The notes under the pieces were generated by a model. That model did not search any database, had not been told where the DNA came from, and worked only from the letters and a program-made list of their open reading frames with translations. Shown one piece after another: positions 49,201 through 63,406 of a stretch of DNA of 64,000 nucleotides; position 1 is the stretch's first letter, and the number at the start of each line of letters is the position of its first letter. The DNA is from Bugula neritina (Eukaryota > Animalia > Bryozoa): assembly GCA_964035545.1 (NCBI GenBank), contig OZ037767.1, positions 8,628,581-8,692,580 of the forward strand. The letters run 5' to 3'. The translations under genes and the position numbers were made by a program.

Positions 49201-52200
49201 TCAGTTAACAACGCTTGTCCAAGTACCCCTTTGTAGTTAAACTGAAACTGGCTGAAATCATATTGATGTGGAAGCCTACTTTTTAAAAATGAAATCTGAC
49301 TCGCCTAATTGCTATCCGATGCTCTTTGAAAACATCGAGAATTAGTAAAGTTGACAGCATAAAAGTGATGATTAAGAAAGCGTAGGCGATATGATTATTA
49401 ACATATAAGTACGTCATCCAATCGACAAAGTCATAACTAAATAACGATATTTACAAGGAGTTATTACTCCTTTTATTTATTATTCTGAACTCGGCCGATT
49501 AAGTTATCACAGTACAAAAAATTTACGAGTGGCTTTTACAATGCAATGCAACTCGAAAAAATTTCAACTCGGCCAAATTGAATTTCTCACTGAAAATCGT
49601 GAAGGTATAAACGCAACTTTACCCTTATAATTGTGTTGAATAACAAGTAGCCCCAAACTAATATTGGAAATACTCAAGATTTCAAATTAAAATGACCACT
49701 TAGCATTTCATATTCTGGTATTAATTTTTTCAATTTCGGTTTGTATCTTTAGTACTTTGTATTTTGGATGCCATTTATGACTTGTCACCTATTAAATGTG
49801 TTCACTCTACGGGTGGGGGGGGGGGAGGGCTTTGTATACCCTGATGCTGTGTGGCATAGTACCAAATGCACAGGAAAGCACTAAGTATCTTGAATATCAA
49901 TAATTTACATAACAGTACCAGAAACATCCTACCAGCTGTCACAGAACTGACACATACTGAAGACACTAAACACAGATGCTGGAATATCATTACTGAGGAC
50001 ATATACTAATGACTATCACTGCACTGCCACCAGTTCATTATTTGATAAATTACAATTATTTAAAACTAGCCTCATTATTATTAGTTGATTAAATTTTTCT
50101 CTAGTTATTAAAGGAAACTAATTGCTTTAGATATCTACTGTGTCGTCATAAGATTATTCGCACCAGTTCTTACCTATCCTTGCTTTGTCCTGTTCAGGTA
50201 GAGGTCCTTGTGAAACTATTCCTTACTTTAAATTTCTAAACCCTGTATAAATTAGAGTTGCATTCTCTTTTACTCCAACATTTAGTCAAGGTACAACAAT
50301 TCCTAACAATTAACGAATTCTATGTTCTCACTACATTTTGTAGATTTGAGATAGCTTTCTGAAAGTTGTATACTTTCAATGTGTGTAGTTGCATAGTTCC
50401 CTTGGCATCTGTTGCAGGTAAGATAGTCAACACGCCAGAAGTGGTGAGAGTGTACACAGGTTCCTTCTGGAAACAGCCTCTCCAGCACACCGCTAACCGG
50501 CATCTGTTTGAGCTCGAGCACCAGGATCTCTTCAAGGACTTGCAAAGTTTACCAAAACAGAATTCTATTAGAAAGCTCAATGACTTCATTAGGAGAAGTC
50601 GGCTGGCTAAGGTTTGCCTTGTATCTCATTTAATTAGAATGAAGTTGATCTGTTTGCACTGTATCAAGTAGAAAGCTAATTTTTGGTTTTGCAATCTATT
50701 TATGGTCTACTTAGAGTGTCAACATTTGTTATCCTTCCTGAATCTGCAATCCCATCAACTTTGGGTCCTGTTTAGCCATCTCACTCTCAGCCAATGTTTC
50801 TCTCGTCAGTTTGACTAGTTTTACTGCTAGTTTTGATGTGGTGGTCTGGTCAATAAGTGTGATTAATGGAGTGGGGAGACACTAGACCACAGTTATGCAA
50901 CATAAGCATAGGAGTAATATTATATATTTAGTCCTGCAAAGCATGACATATGGTAGATTTAGGAGCCTAATTATAAGTACCAACCATTGTCTGTCAGTGT
51001 ACCTACTGCTGCTTTAATATGGTTCATTACCACCAGCCTAGTAGTCTCACCCTTTCAGTAGTCTCATTAGTTGACTTATTAGGACATAAGCTTTGTGTTT
51101 TCTCTCACTGTTAGTATATAGATATCGTGATCTGTATCTGTGTAATGAGGGTTTCAAGGCGTTGTGTTGATCATCTTCAAAATTGCTTAAATCAAGCTCT
51201 AGAAAGTCTGTTTAAAATATTCCCCAAAAAAAGCTGTTCAGTTTACCAGCTGATAGCAGGTAAAAATTAAGAGAATTCACAAAGTAGGATATAAAATATA
51301 TAAAGTGTCCAAGTTACTTTGTTAAAAAGTTGTACCCCCAATTCCAAACACGAGAACCAAAAACTAATGCACTCAGTCACCACTAACTCGGAGCTGCTTA
51401 TAAAACAATTCAATATAATATTCTTCCTTTCACTCAGTAGCCTCATTCCCTTTAACAGCTTCACCCACCCCTTTGACTTGCATGCATATTCAATGCCCTA
51501 CTAAGGGGGAGTATTTAACTGGCTAGCTAGCTATGAGCACTGAACTGAAACTATATATAGTTCAATGGCTATGAGCTTTCCCACTGCAAGTTTTTACCTA
51601 GCTGACCACGGTATATTCTGTAGATTGTCCCCTCTCTTTGTTGAGCACTTCTGCCTGGAGTTTATCTGTGTTGGGATTTCTCCAGTGTAGCTATTAGGAT
51701 GTTTACTTCACTTTGACAGACTGGCTAATTGCTCCATTACTATCAGCAACTAATCACTGGTCATCAATCATTCTGTCACCAGCTTTAAGGGTGCAACTGA
51801 CTGTATTCACTCAGCTGAACATTGGCAGACCTACCTTATAATATCTGATTGAGAGATATGATGTTTTTTGTATTTTTTGCTGGCGTGTTGTTTTGTCATG
51901 TTTTTATCAGTATAGGAGGTATTGGTGATTTAGTACCTGTAAAGTCCACATGATTCACTAATCTATCACCAGTCTTAGTGAAGAAAAGAAGATTAATAGC
52001 TGACCTAGCACGCTGGGTTTCTTTATGCCGGCATGCTCCAAGCCGTGCTTATGTTCTAATCAGATGAGGTGGTGCCCCATGTAGGCTCTCTACCTGACCT
52101 TTTGCAATCTAACACGTGTCTAAAGTCAGAGGATTATAACATTGTGATCTGGATTGGTGGTGCTTAAAGCTCACTGCTAGTTTAAATCTCTTGAGGAAGG

Positions 52201-55200
52201 GTACAGGTCTCTTCAATAGTACTTTCAATTCAATTAAGTGGAAAACCTTTATTACACCATAACCTCAAACAATGAGTTGACTGCAACTTCCCTTCTGTTA
52301 TGCTACTATTCAGGCCATTACTCATGCTGATGATGGGACTGCATTCTCTATTAACCAAAGTTATTCAATTACAATGCTGCAAGTAATTGTGGCTCAATTT
52401 GGTAATCCTCTTTTGGTGGTATTATTCTTATTCAACAATCTTTCCACTCAAGTAGATGGGTGGATAAGCATAAACAGCTCAATACTGGTGGAAAGATATT
52501 ATAGAATCTCTATTTGGTGAAACAGCCGTGGTCTAGGGGTTAAAGCGTTTGCTTTGTGAACACGAAGTTGTGGGTTCGAACCCCGACAAAGGCTATTGGT
52601 GATGTTAGGAAGAGCATCCAGTCATAATTGCTCCTGTGCCTCATTTAAACAAGTCCTTAGCCCGTTCTAGCAAAAACCCTTACCATCAGGGGTTTCTCAC
52701 AGGGATAGCGACTATAAACTTGCGTGAGTTTTTTTTTGTTTGGTGAAACTTGAAAACATCTAACTGGGGAAAAAGAAGGCTTTTGTCCCTATTTGTTAGC
52801 TGCCAGCTATATGTTTCTTCTCCGTCTATTCCAGTTTAAACATAGGCTTTATTCCAATACATATTTTTCTATATAATGATAATAAATAAGAATAATTCAA
52901 CAGACAGCCCTGTTAGGACCAGCTCACGGTATGATAAAGGTGCTCCTCACCCAACCTAGCAGAGCTACTGTAGTATGATGGTTGGAGACTGTATCCCCTA
53001 TAATGCAAAGATTGAGGTGATTACTAAACAGACAAAGTTCTAGAGGCAATCAACACCAAATCTTGCAGGATTTTCTAGCGCGGATGGTAAAATAATGAAG
53101 TCAGAGGATAATTTCATGATAGACATGGTGGTGCCAAAAGAAGAAAAAAGTGAAAGTTGAGAAATGCCAAGAATTGGCAGGATTGAAGAAAGGCAATGAA
53201 GACATGTGGTAATGTGATACCCATAGTTATGGAGCATAAGGGACAGTTGCTAAAACTGGAGAAGTGGTACATAGGGATGATATATGGGTGAAGTTTGTGG
53301 TTATTACTACTGTCAGCATATGGGAAGGTGTCAGGGTGGGAAGGTCTAAACTCAACACCAGTTTACCATCAGGCTGTGAATGCCATAAAGAATAACAATA
53401 ATAATAACAGGTTTTTAATAATAGTAATAATAATAGTACAAAAAATTCCCACCCCACCCCCCTCCCAGGACTGTCCTTTCTAGGCCTTTGCCAAATTTTG
53501 GTGCTTGGAACCCCTAATAATCTCAATAATTCACTGCAATTGATTTTGTAGTTGTCTTCCTTTACATGTACTGTAAGTCTGCATCGTAATCACTGCATTG
53601 CCATTGCTCCGCATTATGCAGCCATGAATCCATTCGAAGCAATGGATACTCAGTGAATGTACACTGCTTATGTGTCATTCAGCTTTGTTAGATATTAGTG
53701 TTGCCCTTTGTGCTCCTTCAGTGTTCTTCTGTACGGTCTCCTTTTTTCTTATATTCTATTTACTCATATATTGTAATAATTCATCAATCAAAACCAGAAG
53801 CATCATTCAGTAGGTTGTTAATATTTAATTGTTATGTTAATATTTATCTTGGTATAAAATAGGTGCACTAAGGAAACTAGCGTTCACTCAAGGAGAGATT
53901 ATATTAAATATTTTAATCTTAAAACTGGTATTTAATTGCTAGAAGATGTGTTCAAACTTAACACAATTAATGGTCTAATTAAAACCAGGTTGTTGAGTGA
54001 AGTCACTGTAATAAACTCAAACTTTCATACTTACGCAGCTCATGTAATGCACATTTGTAAGAGGCCTACACTTGGATGTTATGGTTGCTGTTTAAACGGA
54101 ATAGGACCTTCATTTAAAAGTAACATTCCCCGGTAATACATACCATTTGGATTTCATCTCCTGTTCAGAAAAGTTATTTTTTAATAAATTGAAACTTTTT
54201 ATGCTCAAAACTGTTTAAGTGTGCACTTTCAGGGTGACTACTGAAATCAGTGAAGCTAAACTTTCTCTAACCATACTAAAATTACAGCTAATACTATTTT
54301 AATTAGGTTCTACCCCCAACCATCCATTAACTGCATAGCTTAATAATATCTTTGGCCACTACCCAATTCTGACACTTGAGCAAACTGTATATTAAGAAAA
54401 TTTAATCCTCTTCAAATAAAATAGCATTTTCTAAGTCTGAGTCTTACCATTGTTGTTTAGTGATGAAGTTGTATTATGCCAAGTGCAGATAATTTGGGGT
54501 TGCTCAGCTCTTTTTTCTCGCCTTTCTCCTTTTCGGGTTGCCAACGTCCACATGAGGTTTATTAGAGACTGCTTTATACTGTAGGTAAATAATCAAGTAG
54601 TCATACAACTTTTGCCTGTATATACATCAAGTAGCCACACAACTGTTACCTGTATACTTCAACAGGTACATGCATACATAATATCTGAGCTAAAGAATGA
54701 AATGCCGAGATTGTTTGGAAGGGAAGCGGCTAAGCAGAGACTTATTGACCAGTTAGACACGGTGTACAGACGGATACAGAGTAGGTACGGAGTGAGTGCC
54801 GGAGATTTCCCTGATATCAATCAAATGAGAAGAAAACTCAAGGTGAGGATCAGAGGTCACTTTCGAATTTTTCACCAACATGATGATATTGTAGTTTTTC
54901 CCTTTTAAGTAAAACTTGCTCTACTTAACCTCGACATAAAGGCTATTCACATGGCAATTAAGCATACTAATGTTTAAAAAACAAGTTATTTTATTGGTTC
55001 TGAGAGAAATTTCCTTAGAGATAAAATCAAATATTTGTTTCTGAATCATGGGAGTAATCACGAAGCATTTTTACTAAAAATATTTATATTCTTATTTAAA
55101 AGTAAAAAAGTTTTGGTTTTCATGTGTCAATGCTTTTGGGTTCTAAACTGGGTTCTGTTAAGACTCAATGCTTGCAAGTAACATCTCTGAGATGAACAGC

Positions 55201-58200
55201 TGTCTGTTTGGAGCTAGCTGTTTACTTCCTGAGATGAAGAACTTAGGCTATAGTCAGCTTGTTAGTGGGTGAAATACCAGGTTCCAAAATTAGTACCATG
55301 TTACAATCATCAACTGTATTGTACATACAGTAATTTCGATCATTATGATTCTGCCCAAGTAATGGTGTAATTTAGTACATTGTGCAGTATTCCACGCAAT
55401 CACCTGCCTCTTAGAATTCTAGACTAACTCTTGATGGAATTGTGGCTTGTATTTACTGTCCAGGAGACAATATCTGCAAAATCCTATTTGAAATTATTAT
55501 CACTTTTGCAATGCAATGTTACAGCTATGAAAAAGCGACTGTTATTAAATATGAATATCCTATACATTGTTAGACAGATTGTTATCCTCATCTATCTCTC
55601 CCTTGTTATGGATATAAGCTGCGCCACCTTGCTAACCAAAAGCTTTTTTATAAGGAAAGCTTAACTATTGTGACATTCACATATTAAATGCTAGGAAATT
55701 GACATAGCCTTGCTGTAGCCAATGTGGAGATGCGAGCTTTTCTACCAAAAACACACCAGAAAGAGTAGAAATGTTTGCCCATAGTTTTCTTTGTCACCTT
55801 AGAGCTCACTGTAAGAGGGGCAATTCCCGTGCCACATAATATGTACTTGGTTCCCAGCCAAACACCCTGGGCCAGTTTTTATATCTTCGTTTTAATTAAA
55901 GTGACTCAGCTAAGCTGACCTCTAATCCATATATAAATTTTTAAAATCTTTATTCACAATTTATGACTTTAATTCTCCTATAAATACGGACAAGTCAAAT
56001 AAATAGCCCATTAGCATGGTAAAATTAGAAAGTCTTGGCTGACATTTGCAGCCTTACTTGAAAAAAAAGTTATAAATCATAGAATATTAGAAATCTACTG
56101 ATGTAACCACTATTATTAATTTGGAATTACTCTCTTTGACTGCACAAAGATGGCTAGCAAACCTCACACTTTGATTAAATCTTAAAAATACTGATTCATT
56201 TATTATTTTCTGGTTTGGTGAACACACTTGGTCTTGTTGATTAAAAACTAGATTCTTTTTTCTGGTGCTGCAATGTTTTCTGGGAAGAAGCAGTGTAGTT
56301 GGCACGCTAACTCAAAAGGAAGGCATTATAATTAATTTTTCTAATCTCTAATAAAGAATCACTTTAACAAAAACAATTGTTGAGCAAATGCTAATTTATT
56401 GCCCTTGTTGGGGGGATTACTTTATTACAGTATAGGCATATCCCACAGTTTAAAGTGGCAAGTAAGTTATAAGTAATAGGCGAATTTGATCACCTTTCAG
56501 CACTAGCTACGCCATCAGGGGTTGGTTATATACAATCTACATAACATAGCATTTATTTCAAACAGGCTGCACAATTAGATGCAAGTTTAAAAAGTAAATG
56601 CAAGCTTATGATTACTCTTAATAAATATATTTCTATCTGCAAGCTGTAAACTAAAGTGACTTATTTCTTAGCTGATGGATCTGTTTTATATGTTGATGAG
56701 TTTTTTTCTAGGATTATGATTTTACTAAATTCAAAGTACTGGACAACTCACTGATAGATGCCTTAGATGACATGCTCAATAAAAAGATACCACCTTTGAT
56801 GTCTATGTTGCCGAATGAGAACTTGCAACTGAACACTGAAGATGTCAGTGGGGGAGTCTTTGATTTGATGGAAAACAATCCCTTTCAATCTGGTGCTACT
56901 GAAGGTGGTTATACTTTCTTTCTCTACCAGAGTTGATTATTACATGCAGTCTAATTTATCCTTTATTCATGCCTGTGTGGAAAGGCTAATGCCATGTAAT
57001 CATTTAAATTTTGTAATAAAACAATCTTTGTTTAGTTTTTTAGTTCTGCAGTAGATACAGAGCATTTATGTAGTTGTATTTCAGTTGGTAAACTTTCATT
57101 GTTTCTTCTTTTCTCTCATCTGTGTGTACCACATCTGGAATTACACACGAGTTTGGAAATTGTATAATTTTAGGAGTTAATGAAGGGAAATATGATGGCA
57201 GTGAAACATGGATTGTGGCAAAACATATGGCAGAATATGAAAAGAGCTTTCAAAGAATTTCTGAAGGAAACAAGAAAGTATCTGGTGCAGCAGTTAGAGA
57301 AGAACTGGTGTGTGCCAATATATGAGTCAGCATATTTGTTAATATTTTCTGACGTCAAACAAGTAACTTTTACCTATATGAGATTTTACTATGTGGTGAT
57401 AGTCTATCATCACTTCTACACTCATGTTTATATTTGTATCCAGAAGAGATGACAGAACCTACTAAACTGTTCAAAACATAACAGTTTTCTGTTCAAAGGT
57501 TACTAAAGCTTCTAGTTGAGTTCTTGAGTTCAGCTGCTTTTACTCTTAGGGGGTCTCCAGGAGCCCCTCAGCCTGTCATAGCAGATTCTGATAATCTGAA
57601 CAAGATTTATGACAAAAAATTATAATACAAAAGAATGTTGGTTTTTCAAAATACTAAATTTAAAGCATAATAACTTTAATCTGATATTGAGCTGAATCTA
57701 TTGGCTATTTTTTAATAATTGATATTATGATAAGCTGCATTTAAGCAAGATTAAATCAGGATGATTTCAGGTTTTAAATGTTTTTGGTTGGCTAGCTAGT
57801 CTTTACTAAAACTACCTCTAGAGGGTTTCTTATTTCCCTGTTGATAAAATGTTCCTATTTATGCAAAATGGAAAGGATAAGATTTCAGATAACAACGTTA
57901 TAACAGTTCAATAGGCACAGTTACCACCATGTTAGGTTATTCCTCAGTGTTTTAGGTTTCCAGGGGTGCAGGGTTTCTGTTTTAGTACCTCCCATCTCAG
58001 TTCAACTGTAAACTTGTAGCTTGGCAGTAAAATTACTTCATTTCAATCTTGGGTAGTTGTCTCCTCGTGATGTTGTATAAAATCTAATTTTGGCAAATTT
58101 AGGCTGCTAGCGTCAAAGCTGTAGTCTTAAGATGGAAATAAGTTTTCATATTAAATTATTTACAGTACAGCAACTTATTGTAATGTTATACATGTTTGAT

Positions 58201-59967
58201 TGCATTAAACTATATTATCAATGCAAGGTCTTGATCTGCTAGCTGTTGGGAATGGTAATCTTGACTATTTAGTGCAAATACTACGTAGGTTTTATTTGTG
58301 ACTAGCAATATATTATTTCCTAATTAGTTACAAGTTGCCCTACCTTTTTGTTGCGTGTGCTCCTCAACTCAGATCCATCTCCTACTCAAACTGAGCTTTG
58401 AGTTGAGGGAGAGTGACTGGTCCAAACATGCAGGCTTCCAAGCTGTTTCATCTTCTAAACTGCTTACAGTCCAACTGGGCCACCCTAGTCAACCTAGTTC
58501 TTTTGGCTGTTCATTGGAAACTTCATTAATTGTGTCATTTTCAGGGTGTTGTTAATCATTCTACTCAATTATATTTGAGCTCGGCTGCCCTAAGCCAATT
58601 TTTTTCTTAAAATTTTATATTTCGAAAAATATCTTCTCATTTTGGTGAACATTTATAACAAAAAAATGCCTCCTAGACATTCTTCCAAATTAGAAAGTAG
58701 ACCAGTCCTGGATCTTTAACACTATATTGCAGAACTGGTTTAACATAATGAATTGTTGCTGCTGTATATAGTACCCTATTATTGTATGTACACTGCACTA
58801 TTGTATATACACCTGACGCTACCACTACCCTTCTATTATCTGTTATGAGAGTCCTGTGACTTTCTACCTATAACAGCTTCTGTGCCCTAATTTTCTTAGC
58901 TTTCAACGTTACTTTTTTGCCATAATGATGGCTATCAACATAAGTAACATTCTCGCCAAGCCTATCCAGCAACCTAACTTTGAATAATTATTTTAGGAAA
59001 TGTGGAGGAAATATTATATTCTGTTGCACCCTAACATTAAACTAGGTGTGATAGCTTTTGCTAATACAAATCCAATTTAGCATTAAACGAGCAGTGATTT
59101 TGTGCTTGTGAACTTTTAAGTGCATCCTGCATCTTTCCCATTCCTCAGAAATAATGACCACTCAAATTGAGGAAGCTGAAACAGTTGGAGGAAAAGTAAA
59201 TTAATGGACCCGATGCCATGAAATGTTTGAATTCAGCCAAATAACTTTTCCACTCTCATTCCATGCTTCTTATACCTCACTACTAATGACCCATGGCTGT
59301 TAAATTTTGCGATACACTTTTTGGTTATTACCAATAATTATCGGAATTTACAACTTCTAAACTAAATGCTCTCAGATTAAAAGGTTTGCATATAAACCTC
59401 TCCAATATAATTATTTTGATGCAAACTGGAAGTAAAGTTTTTAGATTACTGACTTGCTATGTCAGGTTGTTAACTTTATGATAGGATACTCTGCTTGGTG
59501 AAATATACGTTGAAGTTTTGCTTTACTAACATACTTATTTAAATCATCATGTATGTTAGAGTATTAGGCATATTTCATTTTACTACTGTAAGCTCATTAT
59601 ATATCTCAATACAATTTACGATTCAGAATATAGCATCACATATCTCACTATATCTCTAAAACTAATCTGAAGCAGATTAAAACTTGTTTCCTATTATTTT
59701 TCTGTGTGAATAAAAGTTCAAGGTAACAGTAGCATCAACAGAGTTGTAAATAAAATACTGTTGTAGATGAAATCTCACCTGCCAAACACAGAACTTGCAT
59801 TGATATGGAGGTTGGCTGACGTTGACAATGATGGCTACTTTGACATGGAACAATGGGCTTTGGCCAACCACCTTTTGAAAATAAGACTGGCTGGACATGA
59901 GTTGCCGCACACACTACCTCGGCACCTTTTACCTCCCAGCTCAAAGAATGTTTCAGATCATAGTTAA
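46257..59967 (+). CDS. EHD: EH domain-containing protein (EHD/RME-1/Past1 family dynamin-like ATPase); 5' end unresolved
   Basis: Exons 46257-46346, 46498-46677, 47143-47260, 47671-47858, 48829-49030, 50418-50611, 54666-54842, 56712-56904, 57174-57307, 59767-59967 (1677 nt in frame). P-loop [32 protein letters not shown]-terminal EH domain [11 protein letters not shown]. Confidence 0.93.
46692..46850. repeat. 18-bp minisatellite (ttggtgtacatgtgtttg)n in an EHD intron
   Basis: About 8 copies; source of several spurious repetitive ORFs. Confidence 0.9.
48547..48764 (-). mobile_element. tRNA-headed SINE family 2, full-length
   Basis: A and B boxes; core ggtgatgttaggaagagcatccagtcataattgctcc; 18-bp TSD tctat(a/g)taatgtcatata at 48529-48546 and 48765-48782. 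Confidence 0.88.
49162..49619. mobile_element. MITE, ~458 bp, perfect 17-bp TIR
   Basis: aagttgcgtttatacct ... aggtataaacgcaactt; T/A-rich (TTAA-like) flanks. Confidence 0.8.
51600..52100 (-). mobile_element. Possible highly decayed LINE (RTE-like) fragment
   Basis: Minus-strand peptide [12 protein letters not shown] resembles the PGxDxIxAEVL motif preceding non-LTR reverse transcriptases; heavily disrupted. Confidence 0.3.
52524..52738 (+). mobile_element. tRNA-headed SINE family 2, full-length, oligo-T tail
   Basis: Head gccgtggtctaggggttaaagcg...ttgtgaa...ggttcgaacccc; T9 tail; perfect 11-bp TSD tttggtgaaac at 52513-52523 and 52739-52749. Confidence 0.9.
52920..53440 (+). mobile_element. 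Decayed 3' end of a restriction-like-endonuclease non-LTR retrotransposon (R4/Dong-like)
   Basis: Frameshifted peptides [37 protein letters not shown] and LEKW occur in the order expected for the RLE domain, followed by a (TAA)n-like tail. Confidence 0.6.
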
Positions 59968-62533
59968 TACTTTTAATTCTGCAAAGAATGACTTTGAATA
60001 GCACAAGGTTGCTGGGTGCTGTTAGAGCTAGTAAAGCTGTGTTTTGACTTGGGATTGTCATCGGCATGAAATTTTCTCAGGCTATGAAATCAGTAACCTT
60101 TCCGGAGAACAGAAATCTTGTAAAAACTGTAGATATCTCTAACATTTTTCACCATTAGATTGCAGATATTCCTAATGCCTACTTTTAGACTATGTAAATT
60201 TATTTGCAATGTTTAATGATTCATGTGTACTACAAATTATTTTGTTTGGGCTACTAATATGATAACAAATACATGCTTTTACAAGCCAAAACTCTTGACA
60301 TCGTGTACAATGTGCACCAGTAGCTAATCTCATACTCCTGTATTACAATTACTATAATTATACGGGTGAAGGTCTAATTTCTCCTCTGAATAAAAATGCT
60401 CTGAAGAAGTGCATCTGTTTAAACTTACATCTGCACTTGGCAGTAAGTCACTGCTGCTCTAAAAAGAAGCTCCTATAACTGCATAGCTGACATTAGTTTT
60501 GTTTTTTTAGTGTGTGAATAAAAACTACATTTCATAAATTTGTCAGGTTAATTATACATACATGCGTGCACTAGTTGCAAGTAATCACATGAGTGAATTG
60601 ATGTTACGCTTGCTATTAAATTTGTTGTAGATCGCATGCTTGCAAATACACCTCACAAGTTAGTAAGGATCGCATAAAAAAACTTGCAATATTCTTCTCT
60701 GTTAATACATACTAGTTGTCTGCAGTTATGCAATAAAATATGTGTCAAGGTCACTGTATTATGGACTTTACTCACCAAATTTTACTGATGAACAGAGTTG
60801 GAATTTCTAGTTAAGCACTTGGATTGATCGCTATTTCTGTGCATTTTCGCTTTTGAAAACAGCTGATGTTGACCAGAAACTTACTAGGTAATTGGGAGTT
60901 ACTTTCTCATCCTTGCGCAGTTTTACAAATAATATACGGTTGTCTCCTCGCGGCCTGGGTGTTTGCGCGGGAAACAAGTGAATCTTGCTAACACGCCTGC
61001 CCATGAAGTAATTTCGTCACTTTAAAAGAGCTTCAACAACATGCACAGCTTCATTTGCTTCTTACTGTCCCACGTGTAAATGAGCAGCCGACAGTCACCA
61101 GCCTAAGGCTATTTTATTGCAACTGTATTTCATGCAATGTGGGATATTTTAAGCATGGAATACTATAACTATAATGAAAGTTTTGGAGAAAATTCAAATC
61201 ACCATCTGTCTTTGATCAAAGTAAGTTTTAGCACCATGATAAAGTGAATTTTCAAATTGCGGGCAGCGGTGTTAAGTTTAACTGTTCGTGCTAGTCTAAA
61301 TAATCCTTCATCTTCAATTGTATATAAATAATAAGGTTTAGTCATAGTGATCCTGATAGTTAATATCATAGTTGTCATCATTATGATTATGATTTATTGA
61401 TCATGTCTCAAATATTAAACTTGAAGTGAATTGAAATCTAGTATTGGAAGTTCAACAACGTAATTTTGCAGCCATTCATTTTCAATAAGATTATTTTATT
61501 TTTTATTAAGTTATTCAATTTCATATTTCTCTAATCAAGTTAAACTATAAGTTTAAGTTTAACTTCAACCACCCTGGCACCGTAATATAACATTAACTGT
61601 AAATCTACCAAGTGTAGTCTTACAAATACTTGTATTGGTAATGATACTTGCTCTTCTTGTACTAATAATTTCAGTTTTATTAGTACTTGATTTAAGTAAT
61701 GGCGGACTTTGAAAATCATTCGAGTGTTCAACAAAGTGAGAGTGAGCACAGAGTAGGACTAGCTGTTTATTGGCGTTGAATATAGGAATACCGAATATAA
61801 ATTTTAATATTTGTGACCCAACTACTATTGGTGAATTTTAAACTATAATTTTTCTTGAGCTGTAGTCCGTAACAAAATGTACCGTATTTCCAATCTGACA
61901 ACACTTGCCCAGTTACAGCGCTAGTACTAGTGGTGGTAGTACTAGTAGTTGTGGTAGTAATACTATTGCATTTCTAGTGGTTATTGACAGAAAATCAAGT
62001 AACTCACCAGCTGTCACTTTGAGTATAATTTACTACGGGTACGTTCACAACGTAAAGGTATTTCTGAACTCGACAGTCGAGTTGTGGTTGTACTTATAAC
62101 TTTCAGCTGGTGTTGATCTAAATTTATTAACCAACAACTTGAATAAACGAAAATTAAAAGTTGAATACTAAATTAAAGGCTAAAGTTATTAGTATTTGCT
62201 AATCAGTAAATATAAACTTTGACTGTAGGAGTGACCCGTCTAAATTTTAATCATAATAATTCAATATTTAAAAATATTCTCAGTTGTGTGCAAAGCACTG
62301 GTTCTCCTAGTTCATTTTTCTCCTGGATAAATTACATGTCTACCAAATAAAACATTAATAAATGTTTGTCAATTATCCTGTTTGTAGTTCAGTAGTTCAA
62401 CCAGACTTAGCAAATTAGTTTATACCCACCTCTTTTCCTAAATTTCAAAAAAATATTCGCTAGCTATTACTCTGATAGCTTTATAACCTGCTTGTAAATC
62501 TCAACGGTTAAATTTTATTTTCAGCAAAGAAGA

Positions 62534-63406
62534 ATGAGTAATCCTGTAGCATACAGAAACCAGGGCCACCTGCCTTGCCACAATGCCTCCCGGAGGTACA
62601 GCATGCAGTGGGATGAAACATCCTATTTTTCCAAATACAACGAAAAGCTAGCAGCTTCTTGGTACCCTAGTCCGTACAAGTCACCCCTCAAAAATGTTCT
62701 TTCTGCTCCAAGTTCCCACTCGTTCAGCAAGCATGGCTGTCCTATGCAACAACCACCACCACCACATGCAATGCCAGGACCGCACAGCTATGCTCAACAA
62801 AATAGTCCTAGAAGTTATGGCTCGCCAGAAATAGCTCAACCCATGGATGCAGCTGTTGAACGATCTCGATACAAAACAGAGCTATGCCGGTCATATGAAG
62901 AGACTGGACAATGCAAGTATAATGCTAAATGCCAGTTTGCTCATGGCGAGGAAGAACTACGTCCTGTAAAACGTCACCCCAAGTATAAAACCGAGAAGTG
63001 CAAACCCTTTCACGCCACAGCCATCTGTAACTACGGTGCAAAGTGCACTTTTATCCATGATGAGAGGGAGCTGTGCGAGTCATCACCCCAGTCTGCTGCC
63101 TCGACACCGGTCAAGCAATCATCATCAATGAAACTGCCCATCACAGCTCCTCTAACCATCACCTCGTCAGGGGAATCACCTGATAGTTCCATCACCAGTG
63201 GCTCACCTTCACAAAATACACCAGTTTTGAGCGAAGACAACTTTGTCGCAAGGCTTTCGCCAACTCCAAGTTTTGGCAGCGATGCTGCTAGTCATGCCAG
63301 CACCTACTCGCCCCCTCCTTCTCCTAAATGCGAACTGCACTTCAATGCCAGCTCTCCTTTAGATATGGGACTCGACGTAACTCTCTTTAGTAAACTTTGT
63401 TTGTAA
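62534..63406 (+). CDS. ZFP36L: ZFP36/TIS11-family tandem CCCH zinc-finger mRNA-decay protein (290 aa; a short upstream exon is possible)
   Basis: RYKTELC-x8-C-x5-C-x3-H and KYKTEKC-x8-C-x5-C-x3-H; Ser/Pro-rich tail ending LFSKL (CNOT1-binding-motif-like); splice acceptor at 62524. Confidence 0.95.
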   Translation: MSNPVAYRNQGHLPCHNASRRYSMQWDETSYFSKYNEKLAASWYPSPYKSPLKNVLSAPSSHSFSKHGCPMQQPPPPHAMPGPHSYAQQNSPRSYGSPEIAQPMDAAVERSRYKTELCRSYEETGQCKYNAKCQFAHGEEELRPVKRHPKYKTEKCKPFHATAICNYGAKCTFIHDERELCESSPQSAASTPVKQSSSMKLPITAPLTITSSGESPDSSITSGSPSQNTPVLSEDNFVARLSPTPSFGSDAASHASTYSPPPSPKCELHFNASSPLDMGLDVTLFSKLCL

